NCBI RefSeq assembly: GCF_006345805.1
Contig: NC_043006.1
Coordinates: forward strand, 33,852,001 to 33,916,000
Length of the DNA stretch: 64,000 nt
Direction: 5' to 3'
Source: Octopus sinensis
Lineage: Eukaryota
This document shows, in pieces, positions 1 to 13,220 of the stretch. Under the pieces are notes generated by a model. It had not been told where the DNA came from. It made no database searches and was given only the letters and a program-made list of their open reading frames with translations. Position 1 is the stretch's first letter. The number at the start of each line of letters is the position of its first letter. Made by a program: the position numbers and the translations under genes.

Positions 1-460
1 AAATTTTGGCATGATTTCTATGACTGGATGCCCTTCCTAATGCCAACCACTTTACAGGATGTACTGGGTGCTTTTACACGACACAAGCATGGGTGCTTCG
101 TATGAAGCACTGGCACAGGTACATTTTATGTGGCACCAGTACCTACAAGCCCAGAAGATTAGGATCACCCAGTTGAAGAAGGATACAGAGGGTGAGTCCA
201 TATGCAAGGGCAGCTATGATTTTACTTAGCTTGTGATGTCTTCTCAGGCACAGCAAATGCCCAGTAGTTTTGGCTCCCTGCCATTCCCTCAGTGAAGCCC
301 AATGTTTGAGGATCCTTTCTCACCACCTCATCCTATGTCTTCCTGGGTCTACCCTTTCCACACAATCTCTCCACAATTAGAAATCAGCACCTCTGATGCA
401 GTTGTCCTCATCCATATGTATCACATAACCATACCTACAAAGTCTGCTCTCTTGCACATT
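1..460 (-). mobile_element. RTE-clade LINE 3' end (decayed ORF C-terminus plus 3' UTR)
   Basis: Minus strand reads VQESRLCRYGYVIHMDED...CGKGRPRKT*DEVVRKD...WAFAVPEKTSQAK*, matching the RTE C-terminal RLRWxGHV and GRPRKTW motifs, followed by the GTGGTTGGCATTAGGAAGGGCATCCAG tail seen many times in the window. Confidence 0.8.
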
Positions 461-522
461 ACATCTTATGCGTCATATATAAAGAACACATCAAAAATGC
501 ATATCAGAAACAGATGTAAGCC

Positions 523-643
523 TAATATATATTATATATATTATATATATTATATATATATATATATATGTATGTATATATTTATATATATGTATATATA
601 TATGTGTGTGTATATATATATATATATGTAATATATAATATAT

Positions 644-684
<41 letters not shown>

Positions 685-771
685 TTATATATGTATATAT
701 ATTGTGTGTGTGTGTATATATATATGTGTATATATATATATAATATATATATAATATATATATATAAATAA

Positions 772-840
<69 letters not shown>
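523..840. repeat. Imperfect (TA)n/(TG)n microsatellite
   Basis: Read directly; explains the YI-repeat ORFs. Confidence 0.95.
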
Positions 841-847
<7 letters not shown>

Positions 848-1014
848 TAATAAGTCTTAGGGTAGCAAAAAATTTTTGAAAAATTCTTAGCTACCAGTGG
901 TCTAGCAAGAAGAAAAAAAATTAGTCAATAGACTATATATTATTCATATCAAAAATACACTGTACATTTAAACACATAAGAGATGGCCATAACAAGTCAG
1001 ATGACCTGTTATGT

Positions 1015-1293
1015 GTCACCCATGCTGGTGGCACATAAAAAGTATCATTCGAGCGTGGCCGATGGCAGTGCTGCCTAAATGGCCCCCATGCTGGTGGCAC
1101 ATAGAAAGCACCTACTACACTCTCAGAGTGGTTGGCGTTAAGAAGGGCATCCAGTTGTAGAAACCTTGCCGGATCAGACTGGAGCTTGGTGCAACCTCCT
1201 GGCTTGCCAGTCCTCGGTCAAACCATCCAACCCATGCCAGCATGGAAAGCAGACGTTAAACAATAACGATGATGATGATGATGATGATGATGA
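1015..1293 (+). mobile_element. RTE-type 3' UTR/tail ending in (GAT)n
   Basis: GAGTGGTTGGCGTTAAGAAGGGCATCCAG...CCAACCCATGCCAGCATGGAAAGCAGACGTTAAAC then (GAT)n. Confidence 0.8.
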
Positions 1294-1335
<42 letters not shown>

Positions 1336-1907
1336 GACATACAAACTCTCATATACATAAATGTATGAGTGGGTGTGTATGTGGGTATGTGCATGTGTAT
1401 GCATGTGTGTGTGTGTGTGTGTTTGTGTGTGTGTGTGAAGTTAGTAAGATTATATAACAGGATTAGAGAATAGTACAGATGTGGGAAGTCAGGAAGAGGT
1501 TGCAAGAGATGTGAAGAGATGTGAGAGATGATGGGGATGAAACAGAGGAAAGATTTTATGAAGGTGACTGTACTGCAACTTGTTAAGAATGTGTGTAAGA
1601 ATGTGTGCATTTATATGCCTGTGTGTGTGTGTATCTATGTGTGCGCGTGTGTGTGTGAGGGAGAGAGAAACAAAGAGAGATAGAGAGGCTGTTAAGAGAT
1701 GAAAACATTAAAGATAAAAGTTATATAACCTAGATTCTAATATTGTCAAATTTGACAGGTGAACTACCTTTATGTCATGTTTGTGTGAGCATTGCATTGT
1801 TCTGTGTGTGCACGTGTGTATGTGTGTAGATGGGCTTTTGTATATCTATTTGTACATATACATATTTGTAAGTTGGCATACTTATGTCTATGTTATGTAA
1901 TCATGTT

Positions 1908-1942
<35 letters not shown>

Positions 1943-1971
1943 ATAATAAATATGTGTAAATATATATATAT

Positions 1972-2545
1972 CATCATCATCAACATCATCATTGTTTAAC
2001 GTCCATGGGTTGGATGGTTTGACTAGGATGCCAGGAGGCTGCACCAGGCTCCAGTCTGATCTGACAGCGTTTCTACTGCTGGATGCCCTTCCTAATGCCA
2101 ACCACTCTGAGAGTATAGTGGGTGTTTTTTACGTGCCACCGGCACAGGGGCCAGAGGTGGCTGGCAACAACCACGATCAGTTGGTGTTTTTCAGGTGCCA
2201 CTGGCATGGAAGCCAGTCAAGGCGGCACTGGCATTGGATGGTGTTTTTTACATGCCACCAGCACGGGGATCACAACAACAATTTCCATTTGATTTTGATT
2301 CTGATGTACTTGACTCAATAAGTCTCCTCAAGCACAGCATGTCGCCCTACGATCCAAGGTACTTTTGAGTGGGCTGGTTATGTGACACTGGTGTAGGTTA
2401 CAGCTGTGAACTCACTTTATTTGCCAGGTCTTCTCAGTCACAGCATACCTCCAGAGGTCTTGGTTTTTTGTCATTGCCTCTGTGAAGTGTAACGTTTGAA
2501 GGTCATGTCTTCCTGTGCCTCCCTCTACCCAGATTTCTTCCACTG
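1972..2545 (-). mobile_element. RTE LINE 3' end, 5'-truncated
   Basis: ORF end DLQTLHFTEAMTKNQDLWRYAVTEKTWQIK* (stop at 2412) is homologous to the copy at 1-460; then 3' UTR and (GAT)n tail. Confidence 0.8.
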
Positions 2546-2616
2546 TTTGGGAGTGGCACACACACACACATATATAAATACATATGTATATATAAACACA
2601 CACACACACATACATA

Positions 2617-2985
2617 TTTCGTTTTGGGATTTGGTTTGCAAGATTCTTTATGTGAGTTTGTGTGTTGAAGCATAATCTGTTGTGTCTGGGGAGAGTCATT
2701 TTCTTTTAGTGACTCATAATCTAACACACTCACATACATACATACATGCATACATACATACATGTGTATGCACACACACACACACACACACTGACCCACA
2801 CACATGCATACAAACAAACAAAAAGAACGCAGCTCGGATAACAGACAGAGTCAACAACTATTGAAGAGGCTTCAAGATACAACGAAAATTTTATAAAAAT
2901 AAATAAGTAAATGGGTGGAAATTTTACTGGTGAGTGTATTAAATAATAAGGCACAAAAAGGGAATGACTCTCCCCAGACACAGCA
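2617..2985. mobile_element. Degenerate inverted-repeat element, possibly PLE-derived
   Basis: 2681-2732 (TGTGTCTGGGGAGAGTCATT...ACACTCAC) recurs inverted at ~2929-2981, with a microsatellite between the arms. Confidence 0.45.
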
Positions 2986-4003
2986 CCGATATACATACAT
3001 ACATACATAATACATACACACACATATATATATATGATGGGCTTCTTTCAGTTTCTGTCTACCAAATCCACTCACAAGGGTTAGTCAGCCTAGAGCTATA
3101 GTAGAAGACATCTATCTATTTATTTATCTGTGTGTGTGTGTGTATGGATGTGGCTTCCCAAGTTTAATGTAAAATTTCCCTTTGGCTTTTTGTTCCTGTC
3201 TGTGACAAAACCACAGACTACAACATACACATTTTATTATCACGAAAACACAAACTTCACAACTTGCAAAGTAAATACGGCAATGTCACTCAGCACCATC
3301 CTGCCTCATAAAGGTCACTGCTAGCTCTCACTGCGCATGCAACCGTGTGCTGCCATCTGTTGGCATGCTCCAGAACTAGTCCAAGAACCTTTTGATACTC
3401 CCTTGTATTCTACTTTGATGTCAGAAATGAAAGTTAAGAGCTTGCAGCAAGAAAAAAAAAACATAAATGAATAAAATAAATCACTGTCTACCTGGCTGAC
3501 AAACTTTAATCCTAATTCACAGACGAATAGTTAGAAATTGGAAATATACCAAGACAAAGTCATTTGGTTGACATATCCTGTTCATACTTCACAGAGAAAT
3601 GGTAGCAAAAGGAAGATACCAATTCTTAACTCTTTGATATTTTCTTTGGCAATATTTCACTGAAAATATTTGTTAAGTAAAAGACATTTGTACATAATAT
3701 GTCATTCTGCAGGCTTCTTATCATTTCTTAAACAATTCCAGCAAGAGAGGTCTGATGTGGTCGTCTGACACACTAGAAGTAGTAACCAAATCACCTGGTA
3801 TTACACTCTAATACCTTGAAATGAGAAGGATACATTTTATAATGTAGTTTAAGATATATGGTGCCTAAAGTGAAGGATATGTAATAAAAAAAAAGCTTAG
3901 AAGTTGTCTTGGGGTTTAACACTAAGAACATTGAACCAAGGAAACTTCTTGTGGTTACTCAATCTGGTAGAAAGAGCAGTCAAGCCTCTCTCAACTCATG
4001 CCT

Positions 4004-4383
4004 GGGCCTCATTGAGGAAATGACAAGGGGCCAGGAGTTGTGGTGATTTGCTTACTTGAGAAGACATGTCAGGCTAAATAAAATCGCTGTCATCCCTACA
4101 TACAGGCTTGTCCTTCATGAGTGCCAGTGCCACATAAAATGCACTCATGTGGGTACTGCATAAATGCACCCATGCCAATAGCACAATAAACTGCACTTAG
4201 CACACTCTGTAAAATGGTTGGCATTAGGAAGGGCGTCTCCAACCGTAGAACCATGTCACAACAGAAAATTGGAGTCTGGATAGCTTCCTGGCTGGCCACT
4301 ACCTGTTAAGCTGTCCTACCCATGTCAGCATGGCAAACAGAAGTTAAACAATGTTGATGATGATGATGATGATGATGATGATA
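4004..4383 (+). mobile_element. RTE LINE 3' end
   Basis: Frameshifted GLIEEMTR..ELW*FA.LEKTCQAK* remnant, then the shared tail and (GAT)n. Confidence 0.7.
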
Positions 4384-4735
4384 ATGGTAGTGGTGGTGGT
4401 GGTGGTGGTGGTGGTGGTGGTGGTGGTGATAGTGATGATGGCGATGATGATTGAATAATAGAGCTCCTGGGTATCCTGTGCTTTTTTTTTGTTTAATCAT
4501 TATAAATCTGCTGGAGCAGGGCTGACCTATGGCTAAACAACAACAGCAACAGCAGCAACAACAACATCAGCAACATTGGTAAACCAACAACACTACACGT
4601 CAATCATCACCACAAACAAATAAGCAACAAGTCCAGCTGGAGCAGCATGAAATAGAGTAGAGAAAAAAATGGATGCAGCAGAGAAAAAAATGTAAGAGTA
4701 TTGATAACACTTTCACCATCACTATCATTATCACT

Positions 4736-4769
<34 letters not shown>

Positions 4770-5404
4770 ACAACAACATCTGCAGCAGCAGCAGCAGCGA
4801 TGATAGGTTATAAATCATCATAATTATTACCACCACCACCACCACCATCATAACTATCATTGATTAAGTCAACAACAACTATGATAAGAATTGGGTCACC
4901 GCCACCACAACCACCGTCACCACCACCACCACCACCACCACCACCACAACCACCATCAACATATTCATCATCATCATCATCATCATTAACATCAAGTAGT
5001 TCATAGTCAACATTATCAGCAGTAAGTAGTACAACAAAACAACAACATCAGCGAAAAATACAATAACAACAATATCAACATCATCAGAAAGAAGTAGGTC
5101 GAAAACAACAACAACAACAACAGCTGCATGAAAATTGAGGTCAACAACAACGCGTTAAAATCAACAACAACATTATTTTCAACAAGAAATAAAGTTGGCA
5201 ACTATCTCAGTAAAGTACATCAACAACAACAGCAACAACAAGAGTTATTAGCAATTACTCTGCTTCAGCCCCCTCCCCCCCCCAACCCCCACCATTGTTC
5301 TTGCCAAGTTCCTTACAAATTTAACAACAACAGAGGTATGAAGATATGGAAACAACCAAGGCTGTCCACACAACCATCACCACCACCACCTCCACCACCA
5401 CCAC

Positions 5405-5564
5405 TGGGATGGCTGGGTGGTAAGAAGTTTGCTTCCCAGCCATATGGTTCCAGGGTCAGTCCCACTATGTGGCACCTTGGGCAAGTGTCTTCTGCTATAA
5501 ACACAGGTTGACTTGGTCAGCCTTGTGAGTGGATTTGGTAGAAAGAAACTGAAAGAATCCATCG

Positions 5565-5570
<6 letters not shown>
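5405..5570 (+). mobile_element. tRNA-derived CORE-type SINE (family A), 5' part
   Basis: TGGCTGGGTGGTAAG (A-box-like), GGTTCCAGGGTCAGTCCC (B-box-like), GGCACCTTGGGCAAGTG core; homologous to 45029-45452. Confidence 0.75.
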
Positions 5571-5597
<27 letters not shown>

Positions 5598-5606
5598 CTA
5601 TATATA

Positions 5607-5753
5607 TTCTCTCTCTGGTATCTTTCTGTTGAAGAGCGTAGGCTCGAAACGTTAAAGACTTGTTTTATTTATATTTCCTGAGCGCCATACTATACAATTG
5701 TTCGTTTGTTTTCCACCTGCCTTCGTCTTTGTTTATTTTCATAAAGCTTCCCT
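5607..5753 (+). mobile_element. Short (TA)n-embedded element with minimal hammerhead-like motif (family H1)
   Basis: TCTTT-CTGTTGA-A-GAGC-GTAG-GCTC-GAAA-CGTT-AAAGA at 5621-5658; homologous copies at 17856-18084 and 51288-51470. Confidence 0.7.
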
Positions 5754-5817
5754 TATATATATATATATATCTATATATATATATATGTATGTATATATAT
5801 ATATATATATGTATGTA

Positions 5818-5960
5818 TCATCATCATCATCATCATCATCGTTTAACGTCCGCTTTCCATGCTAGCATGGTTGGACGGTTCAACTGGGGTCTGGCAAGCT
5901 CGAAGGCTGCACCAGGCCAGTCAGATCTGGCAGTGTTTCTACAGCTGGATGCCCTTCCTG
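5818..5960 (-). mobile_element. RTE-type tail
   Basis: (CAT)n-CGTTTAACGTCCGCTTTCCATGCTAGCATGG...CTGGATGCCCTTCCT. Confidence 0.8.
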
Positions 5961-6819
5961 TATATATAAAAATATATGTATGTGTTCTTGTCCTCCTCCT
6001 GCTTGGCAACTGGTGTTGGTGTGTTTACATCTCTGTAACCTAGCAGTTAGGCAAAACAGAGTGATAAAATAAGTACCAGGCTTAGAACAGAATAAACGCT
6101 GGGATTGATTCATTTGATTAAAATTCCTTCAAGGCTGTGCTCCAGCATGGCCGCGGTCTTATGACTTAAACAAATGAAGAAGAAAAAAGATGAAAGACAA
6201 CCACCACCAACACCACCACCACAACAACAACAACTACAACATCATCAGTTACTATTCGCCCAACCACCACCACCACCACCACCACCATGTGCCAATGATG
6301 GAGACTCTACATGGTCAGTCGACCAGTCAGAAATAGCAACGAAATCACCCTTAAATCACATCTTCACAATCTTACAAACGAAAGGAACAGATCAAATACT
6401 GTGATCCTGGTTGGGTTCCTTGCATAAATGAGAAAACTAGATAGGATGGTCATGAATGGAATGCTTTTGATCATGGGTCTCCATTAAACAGGTTGACTCG
6501 GGGTTAAGCACTGATAACATATCCTCCTACTCCCCCCCCCACACCAGACATCAACAACCACCTCCACCACCATCCCCATCCTCCATCAAATATGAGTTGT
6601 TGAAATTTTCTCTAATCCTTGTCCCCCCCCCCACCACCACCTCCATCTCTTTCACTTTGTGGTAAGAAGAAACTGGTGCCAATGAACTTCTGTAATGGAG
6701 ATAAGAATAGACAGGATTCCATAAGGTTAAGCAATAGGAAACCTAAAAGTGGATGGAAGGGCAAGTGAGTGACCGAGATGGTAGAGTGCCAGAGAAAATG
6801 GCTTGCAGTACATTCTCTG

Positions 6820-7122
6820 TGGAGGTGCGTGGCCAAGTGGTTTGGGTGTTTGGCTCACAATCATAATGTTGTGAGTTCAATACCCAGCAGTGTGTTGTGT
6901 CCTTAAGCAAGACATTTTATTTCACATTGCTCCAGTCCACTCAGCCAGCAACAATGGATTGTACCTGTAATTACAAAGGGTCAGCTTTGTCACATTTCGT
7001 GTCAAGCTGCTTTGAGGGTATGCATGTCTGTGGAATACTCAGCCACTTGCACATTAATTCCATAAACAGGCTGTTCTATTGAGTGGATTAACTAGACATG
7101 TGTCGTCATAACCAACACAGTG

Positions 7123-7163
<41 letters not shown>

Positions 7164-7490
7164 ATGTGTGTGTGTGAGACTTAGTGGTTTGGCTGTTCAG
7201 CTCACGATTGTAAAGGTCGTGAGTTCAATACCCAGTGGTGTATTGTGTTCTTGAGCAAGACACTTTATTCCACATTGATCCAGTTCACTCAACTGATAAA
7301 AATGAGTAGTACCTGTAATTCAAAGGGGGCCAGCCTTGTCACGTCCAATGTCACACTGAATCTTCATGAGAACTACATTGTGTGATGTCTGTGGAGTGCT
7401 CATCCACTTATGCGTTAATTTCACGAACAGGTTGTTCCATTGATCACATCAACTAGAACCCCCATCATTGTAACCAACAGAAAGCTAGTT
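6820..7490 (+). mobile_element. Two tandem tRNA-derived SINEs (family C) separated by (TG)n
   Basis: ~6820-7125 and ~7180-7490 each show GTGAGTTCAATACCCAG (B-box-like), TGTGTYCTTRAGCAAGACA and a homologous body. Confidence 0.75.
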
Positions 7491-7522
7491 TGCTTTTTTA
7501 CAGTATTTTATGTGAACCAACA

Positions 7523-7720
7523 ATCATCATCATCATCATCATCATCGTTCAATGTCTGCTTTCCATGCTGGCATGGGTTGGACGGTTTGACTGAGGACTG
7601 GTGAGCCAGAAGGCTGGACCAGGCTCAATCTGATCTGGCAAAGTTTCTACAGCTGGATGCCCTTCCTAATGCCAACCACTCCAAGAGTGTAGTGGGTGCT
7701 TTTACATGCCACTGGCATGA
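7523..7720 (-). mobile_element. RTE-type tail
   Basis: Same tail motif preceded by (CAT)n on the + strand. Confidence 0.8.
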
Positions 7721-9173
7721 CAGTATTTGAGGAAACTTGTAGGAAACTTGTGGATTTGGACAAATTCATGGACTCAGAATAATTCTCAGAATAAGGCATG
7801 TAATGGGTTGTAGCAGGGATTTGAAGCTAAATCCCTGGTAATGCAGTTAGACATCATGAGCAAATCACCATAGTTTCATCTGATTGGTCTATTAATGGAT
7901 CAGTCAGTTTGAAGTAGTGGCAAGATCACGTTTTCTTGAACAAGCAGTGTCTTGCTCCCAGCTGTTGTTATCAATTAAAGGCCAACGCAGTTTGTTTTTA
8001 TGTGTGATAATAAAATCTTCTGTGAAATGTTGATGTGTGTTCAGTTCTTTCTTCCTTGCAGCCCAAGAAACTTATTTTCATTCAACAACGACAGTCACCA
8101 CCACAAACCAACCCAACAACAACACAAACACCCCTAGTGACAGATTGATAAATTACCCAAAGGCAGGGCAGGTAACTCACCAATCAAAGAAATTGAACCA
8201 TTCAAGAAGTGATTAAATGATTTAAGGGTGAAGGGCTCTTAATATCTCGAGTTGTATTAGTGGAGGCGACCTTAGAATATTGAAGCCTTTAAGAACAAAG
8301 CCTCCACATCATTTGTACATGAAGTTAGGAATCTCAGCATCTTTTGATGCTGTGTAATACACGTAGCGTGCAACTTTTAAAGTTAGCAATAATGGGGAGA
8401 GCAGCATGTTTGTAATTTTTGAAAGACATTATACACTAGTTAACAGTCATCAGCATCACCATCTTCCTCCTCTTCCTCCTTCTCCACCTCCTCCTCATCA
8501 TCATCATCATAAACAATAGCAACATTATCACCACCACCACCACCACCACCATCATCATTTCAAAGTCCACTTTTCCATGCCCACAAAGGGCAGACGGGAT
8601 TTGCCGAGGCAGATGATTTTTATGGCTGGATGCCCTTCCTGTTATCAACCCTTACTTGTTTCCAAAGGAAAACAACATTTTCCCTTGGAACGTGACCCTC
8701 GTTTACAATCATCATGAGATGCCGAGAGAAGACACTCTGTCCACATAGAGCTTCACATTGGTCAGCTCAGGGCTAGAGTGAAAGACATGAATCCAAGGTG
8801 CAGCAAAGAGTGTGTGTGTGTGTGAGAGAGAGGAGAGAGAGAGGAGGGACATGAAGGAATAGGGATAGGATGAACTTGTATAAAGATTGAGAAATCAACC
8901 TTGATATCCTTTGTGTTTTGTGTGTGTTTATCTCTATGTCTGTATATGTGTGTGTGTTCGTGCATATCTGTCTATTTGCCTGTGTGTGTGTTCGTGTATA
9001 TCTGTCTATTTGCCTGTGTGTGTGTGATTGTATCTGAATGTGTGTGGTTGTCTTCTTGTATTCTTCTTTAAATTAATCTTTCTTCTACTTACACTCTCTT
9101 ATTAATTGTGTATTTACAAGATTTGGGAATGAAACGGCAAACAACACTAATTCTAATAACAATAATACGAAAT

Positions 9174-9507
9174 CATCACCATCATCATCATCATCATCTC
9201 CACCACTACCACCACCACCACCACTATCACCATCTCCACGACGACGATGACGACCACCACCACCATCACCATCGCCACCACCCCTACCATCATCATCACC
9301 ACCAACACTACCATCATTACACACCATCACCATCATCAACACCATTATTATCATCATCCTCATCATCATCATTATCATCATCACAACCACCACCACCACC
9401 ACCACCACCACAACCACCAATCCACCACCACCACACCACAACCACCAATCCACCACCACCACCACCACAACCACCACCACCACCACCACCACCACCATCA
9501 TCATCAC

Positions 9508-9548
<41 letters not shown>

Positions 9549-9549
9549 G
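9174..9549. repeat. Compound (CAT)/(CAC)/(ATT) microsatellite
   Basis: Read directly. Confidence 0.95.
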
Positions 9550-9745
9550 AGCAAGACGAATAAAAATGATGATGAGGAGGAGGAGACAAAAGAAAGTCTG
9601 CTTTTCTATTTGTCTATCTTTCTGAATTGTTGAGTCTTGATCAATAATATTGATTTTCCAGTCAAGAGGAAAGGCAGGGCATCTCCCGCACCTTGACAAA
9701 CTTGGCCCAACTTCCCACTTGCTTGCTTCTTCTCAGCTTCTCTTC

Positions 9746-9779
9746 ACACACAACACACACACACACACACACACACACA

Positions 9780-9813
<34 letters not shown>

Positions 9814-9971
9814 ACACATATAAACATGCATCACATACACACTTGCATGTCCTCCACTACACTCCAGCCTGCAAACATTCGTGCAAGACACCAACACGTG
9901 TGCACATATATTTATATATATGTTACACTCACACACACACATGCATACACACATGTATACATGCATATGTA

Positions 9972-10002
<31 letters not shown>

Positions 10003-10166
10003 CACGTATGTATACATATATACGTATATATATATTATATATATATATATGTGTACACACAGACAGATACACATGTATACATGCATATGTGTGTATATAT
10101 ATATACACATGTATACATACATATATACATATATATATATATGTATACACACAGACACGCACACAG

Positions 10167-10197
<31 letters not shown>

Positions 10198-10210
10198 TCT
10201 ATGTATATTC
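9746..10210. repeat. Compound (CA)n/(TA)n microsatellite
   Basis: Read directly. Confidence 0.95.
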
Positions 10211-10321
10211 ATAGAGGATGATGATGAGAATGAGAGAGTGTGTGAGGGAGAAGAGTTTAGTGTAGAAAACTTTGTACATTCATGCAACACCACCATTGGT
10301 GTTGACCTCATTAGAAGCATT

Positions 10322-10352
<31 letters not shown>

Positions 10353-10761
10353 GTATATCTTTCTCTTCTCTCATCAACGTGAAAAAAAAAAGAATAACTA
10401 AAACCATTGTTATGTTCTAACGTTGTACTACAACAATCTATTAATGCAATGCACATTTGTGTTGCACTGCACTGCACTGTCTTATTTTGCATCACCTCAC
10501 ACGGCACCTACAGTATTTATGTATTTTAGTTCAATGCAGTCCAATGCATTGGAAATATTGCTTTCATTTGATTTTGCTGTAGTTAATTACAGTTAAGCTT
10601 TGAGTTCAATTCCTGCTAAGATCACATTTGCTTTCCATCCTTTCGGAGTCAATAGTATAAAATATTAGTTGAAGAACTAGTCTCTACGATACCAAATAAC
10701 CCCCTCCCTTAAGTGTTTCTGAGATTGTCCCTAATAAGAAGCCCTTATTATTATTGTTATT

Positions 10762-11113
10762 TACAGAAGTGCTCCCTTCCAGTGAATTTGTGAAAACTGT
10801 GGCAGAAATGGTTTGGATGAAAGACCTACTTCTAAGCATGTGCTTGGAGATTGGAGGGCAACAGTTTGTTGAGGGTTCATGCCTTTGGTAGTAAGGCTGA
10901 TCCTGAATCTGTGGGATTCCTTGATTGGCCCCTACTTGGAGGCTCCCCTGCATCATTCATGTGATCACATACTTTGTCTAGTTCCATAGACTTTTGACTC
11001 ATTTCATTCTGCTTTCCCTATCTTAACCCTCCTCTTTTATGTCAAACCTTCACACAAATTGTAAACCCTCTTTGTAATGTCACCGTTATCTGATGCTCCT
11101 CTGGCAAATAAAT
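10762..11113 (+). mobile_element. Probable Tx1/L1-like LINE 3' end
   Basis: EVLPSSEFVKTVAEMVWMKDLLLSMCL remnant, pyrimidine-rich UTR, end ...GGCAAATAAA similar to the tail at 56655 on the - strand. Confidence 0.35.
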
Positions 11114-11159
11114 CCCCCCCCCTCCTCCTCATCTTCCACTCCATCATCATCATCATCAT

Positions 11160-11365
11160 TCAGAATCATTTGAGCATTGGATAGAATGCCTTAGGGTATT
11201 TCTTTCAGTTCTTTAAGGTCTGAGTTCAAATCCTGCTTATGCCTACTTTGCCTTTTATTCCCCACCAGGGTCGATAGCATAAAATTACTATCCAAATATT
11301 GGTGGCAATGATATCAAGTCATTCCCCTTAAAATTGCTGGCCTTGTGCTTAAATCAGAAACAATC
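11160..11365 (+). mobile_element. SINE family B, degenerate
   Basis: TCTGAGTTCAAATCCTGC...GGGTCGATA...AAATTGCTGGCCTTGTGC, homologous to 55569-55785; a partial copy lies at ~10595-10745. Confidence 0.65.
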
Positions 11366-11991
11366 ACTTTCACTACATAATTAGTAGTGCAAAGCAGTGA
11401 AGCAAAACAAATGAACTTTTGGTCACATATATTTGTGACAGATTTTAACTCCTAAAGGTAATTTCACTGCAGGTACAAAGCCAAACAGGTAAAAACTGAC
11501 CAAGATTCACCAAACAAATTTTTTGTTGGTTGACTAAAGTTTACATCCCTTCAACCATTTGGGTCTCACTTCCCTCCGGTGTGTGATAAAGGGACAGAAA
11601 TCAGTGTCTTGCAGCTGAGGAGATAAAGGGCTTAACTCAGAGAAAGAGAGAGAGGGAAGGAGAGAAAGTTACAAATCTAAAGAATTTTCTGAGTTGTTGA
11701 CTGCAGACTTTGATTTTCCTTTATTTACTTAATCATTTCTTCATCATCACCATCATCGTCATCATCGTCGTTTAATGTCCACCTTTCATGCTAGCATCGG
11801 TGAGATGGTTTCACAAGAGCTGGCCAAGCAGAAGTCTGCACCAGACTTTTGTGACTGTTTTGGTAGGATTTTTACAGCTGGATTCTCTTCCTAAAACCAA
11901 CCACTCAGCAGAGTGGACTTTGTGCTTTTTATGTGGCACAAGCACAGGCGAGGTCATTATTTATGCATTTGTTTGTTTTGTAAAGCTTGGT

Positions 11992-12227
11992 TTAATCCTT
12001 GTAACTCCAACCTGCCTGGGACTGCCCTGGGTTCTATGATACAAACTTTGTCCTTTAAAATCATTGAAATTAAAACTTGCCACACAAATTTTGTGCTAAT
12101 ATATATTGTTCCAAACATCAGGTTAATAACGACAAAGTTGTTTTATTCAATTCTTTCTTTTTTCCAAAATCAATTGAAACCCAAACAATTTATTTTTAAC
12201 AGAAACATTCTAACAAAGGGTTTAAAA
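11992..12227. mobile_element. Possible piggyBac-type MITE
   Basis: Ends TTAATCCTTGTAAC and TAACAAAGGGTTTAA form degenerate inverted termini at TTAA sites; AT-rich interior. Confidence 0.4.
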
Positions 12228-13220
12228 CGGTAAAGTTCTCTTCACCCACTGTTGTGCCTATGTATTGTACCAAGAAGGAAATGAAAGACACAAATATGTT
12301 TATTGCATATTTTATGAAATGTTCCGATACTTTTTATCTGCTGCTTCACAGACAAATAGAATAACAGGTTGACAGACATAAAGGAACCAAAATTATTACA
12401 CAAAGCAAAATTCAGAACATTCTGTTTCATCATTGGTTTTACAATGTTATTCCATTCTGGCAGGAATTGAATGGAATCAGAATAGAGTATCTTCATTCTT
12501 TGCATTGTCTTTCATGAGAGGGTGGATGGGTAGGTCTATGGATACAGGAATAGCTTCTTTTTATCAAAAACCAGTGCAGCAAAACATGCCATATGTGCAT
12601 ATTACGACAAGAGAAGTATAGAAGTTATTGGCGCAGACTTGGAGTCTACTTTACCCCATATCAGCTCAAACCAAACTACTGCGTTGAGTGAAAAGTTTTG
12701 CAATATTTTGGTAACTTATTTGATTTATTCATCAATCTACAACAAAAGCAGTCAAGCATTCATAGTAGAGGCCATCATGTTGCACTGTCTGAAGCAACCT
12801 TTCTTCCAGGTCTTTGATCCCACATGAAGACCAGTTATGGTCCTTCAAGGTGAAGAACTCCTTCACTGAAGCTTTTTCTTGGTTGATGAAGCATCACGAG
12901 TGCAGGACGTGAGACATGGATCAGAAGTAGTAAAAATCTGAAGGAGATATTTTTCTGTAATCCAGTGGTTAAGCAAGGGCCACATTGTGGAACCTGTCAC
13001 GAAGCATGGGTGTTTTGAACACAAGGTGATGATCAGCATCTGGTGCAATTACGAGGGGTTAATTCATGGCGGGTTTGTTTCAGACAGTTGACCCATTGAT
13101 GCCAACTTGTATGCTGAACCACTGGAGAGGATGTATGCCATTGTGCAGCAAAAATACCCTGCATTGTTTAACTGAAACCAAGATCATCCACAGCAAGATA
13201 ACACAAAACCTCATTCCATT

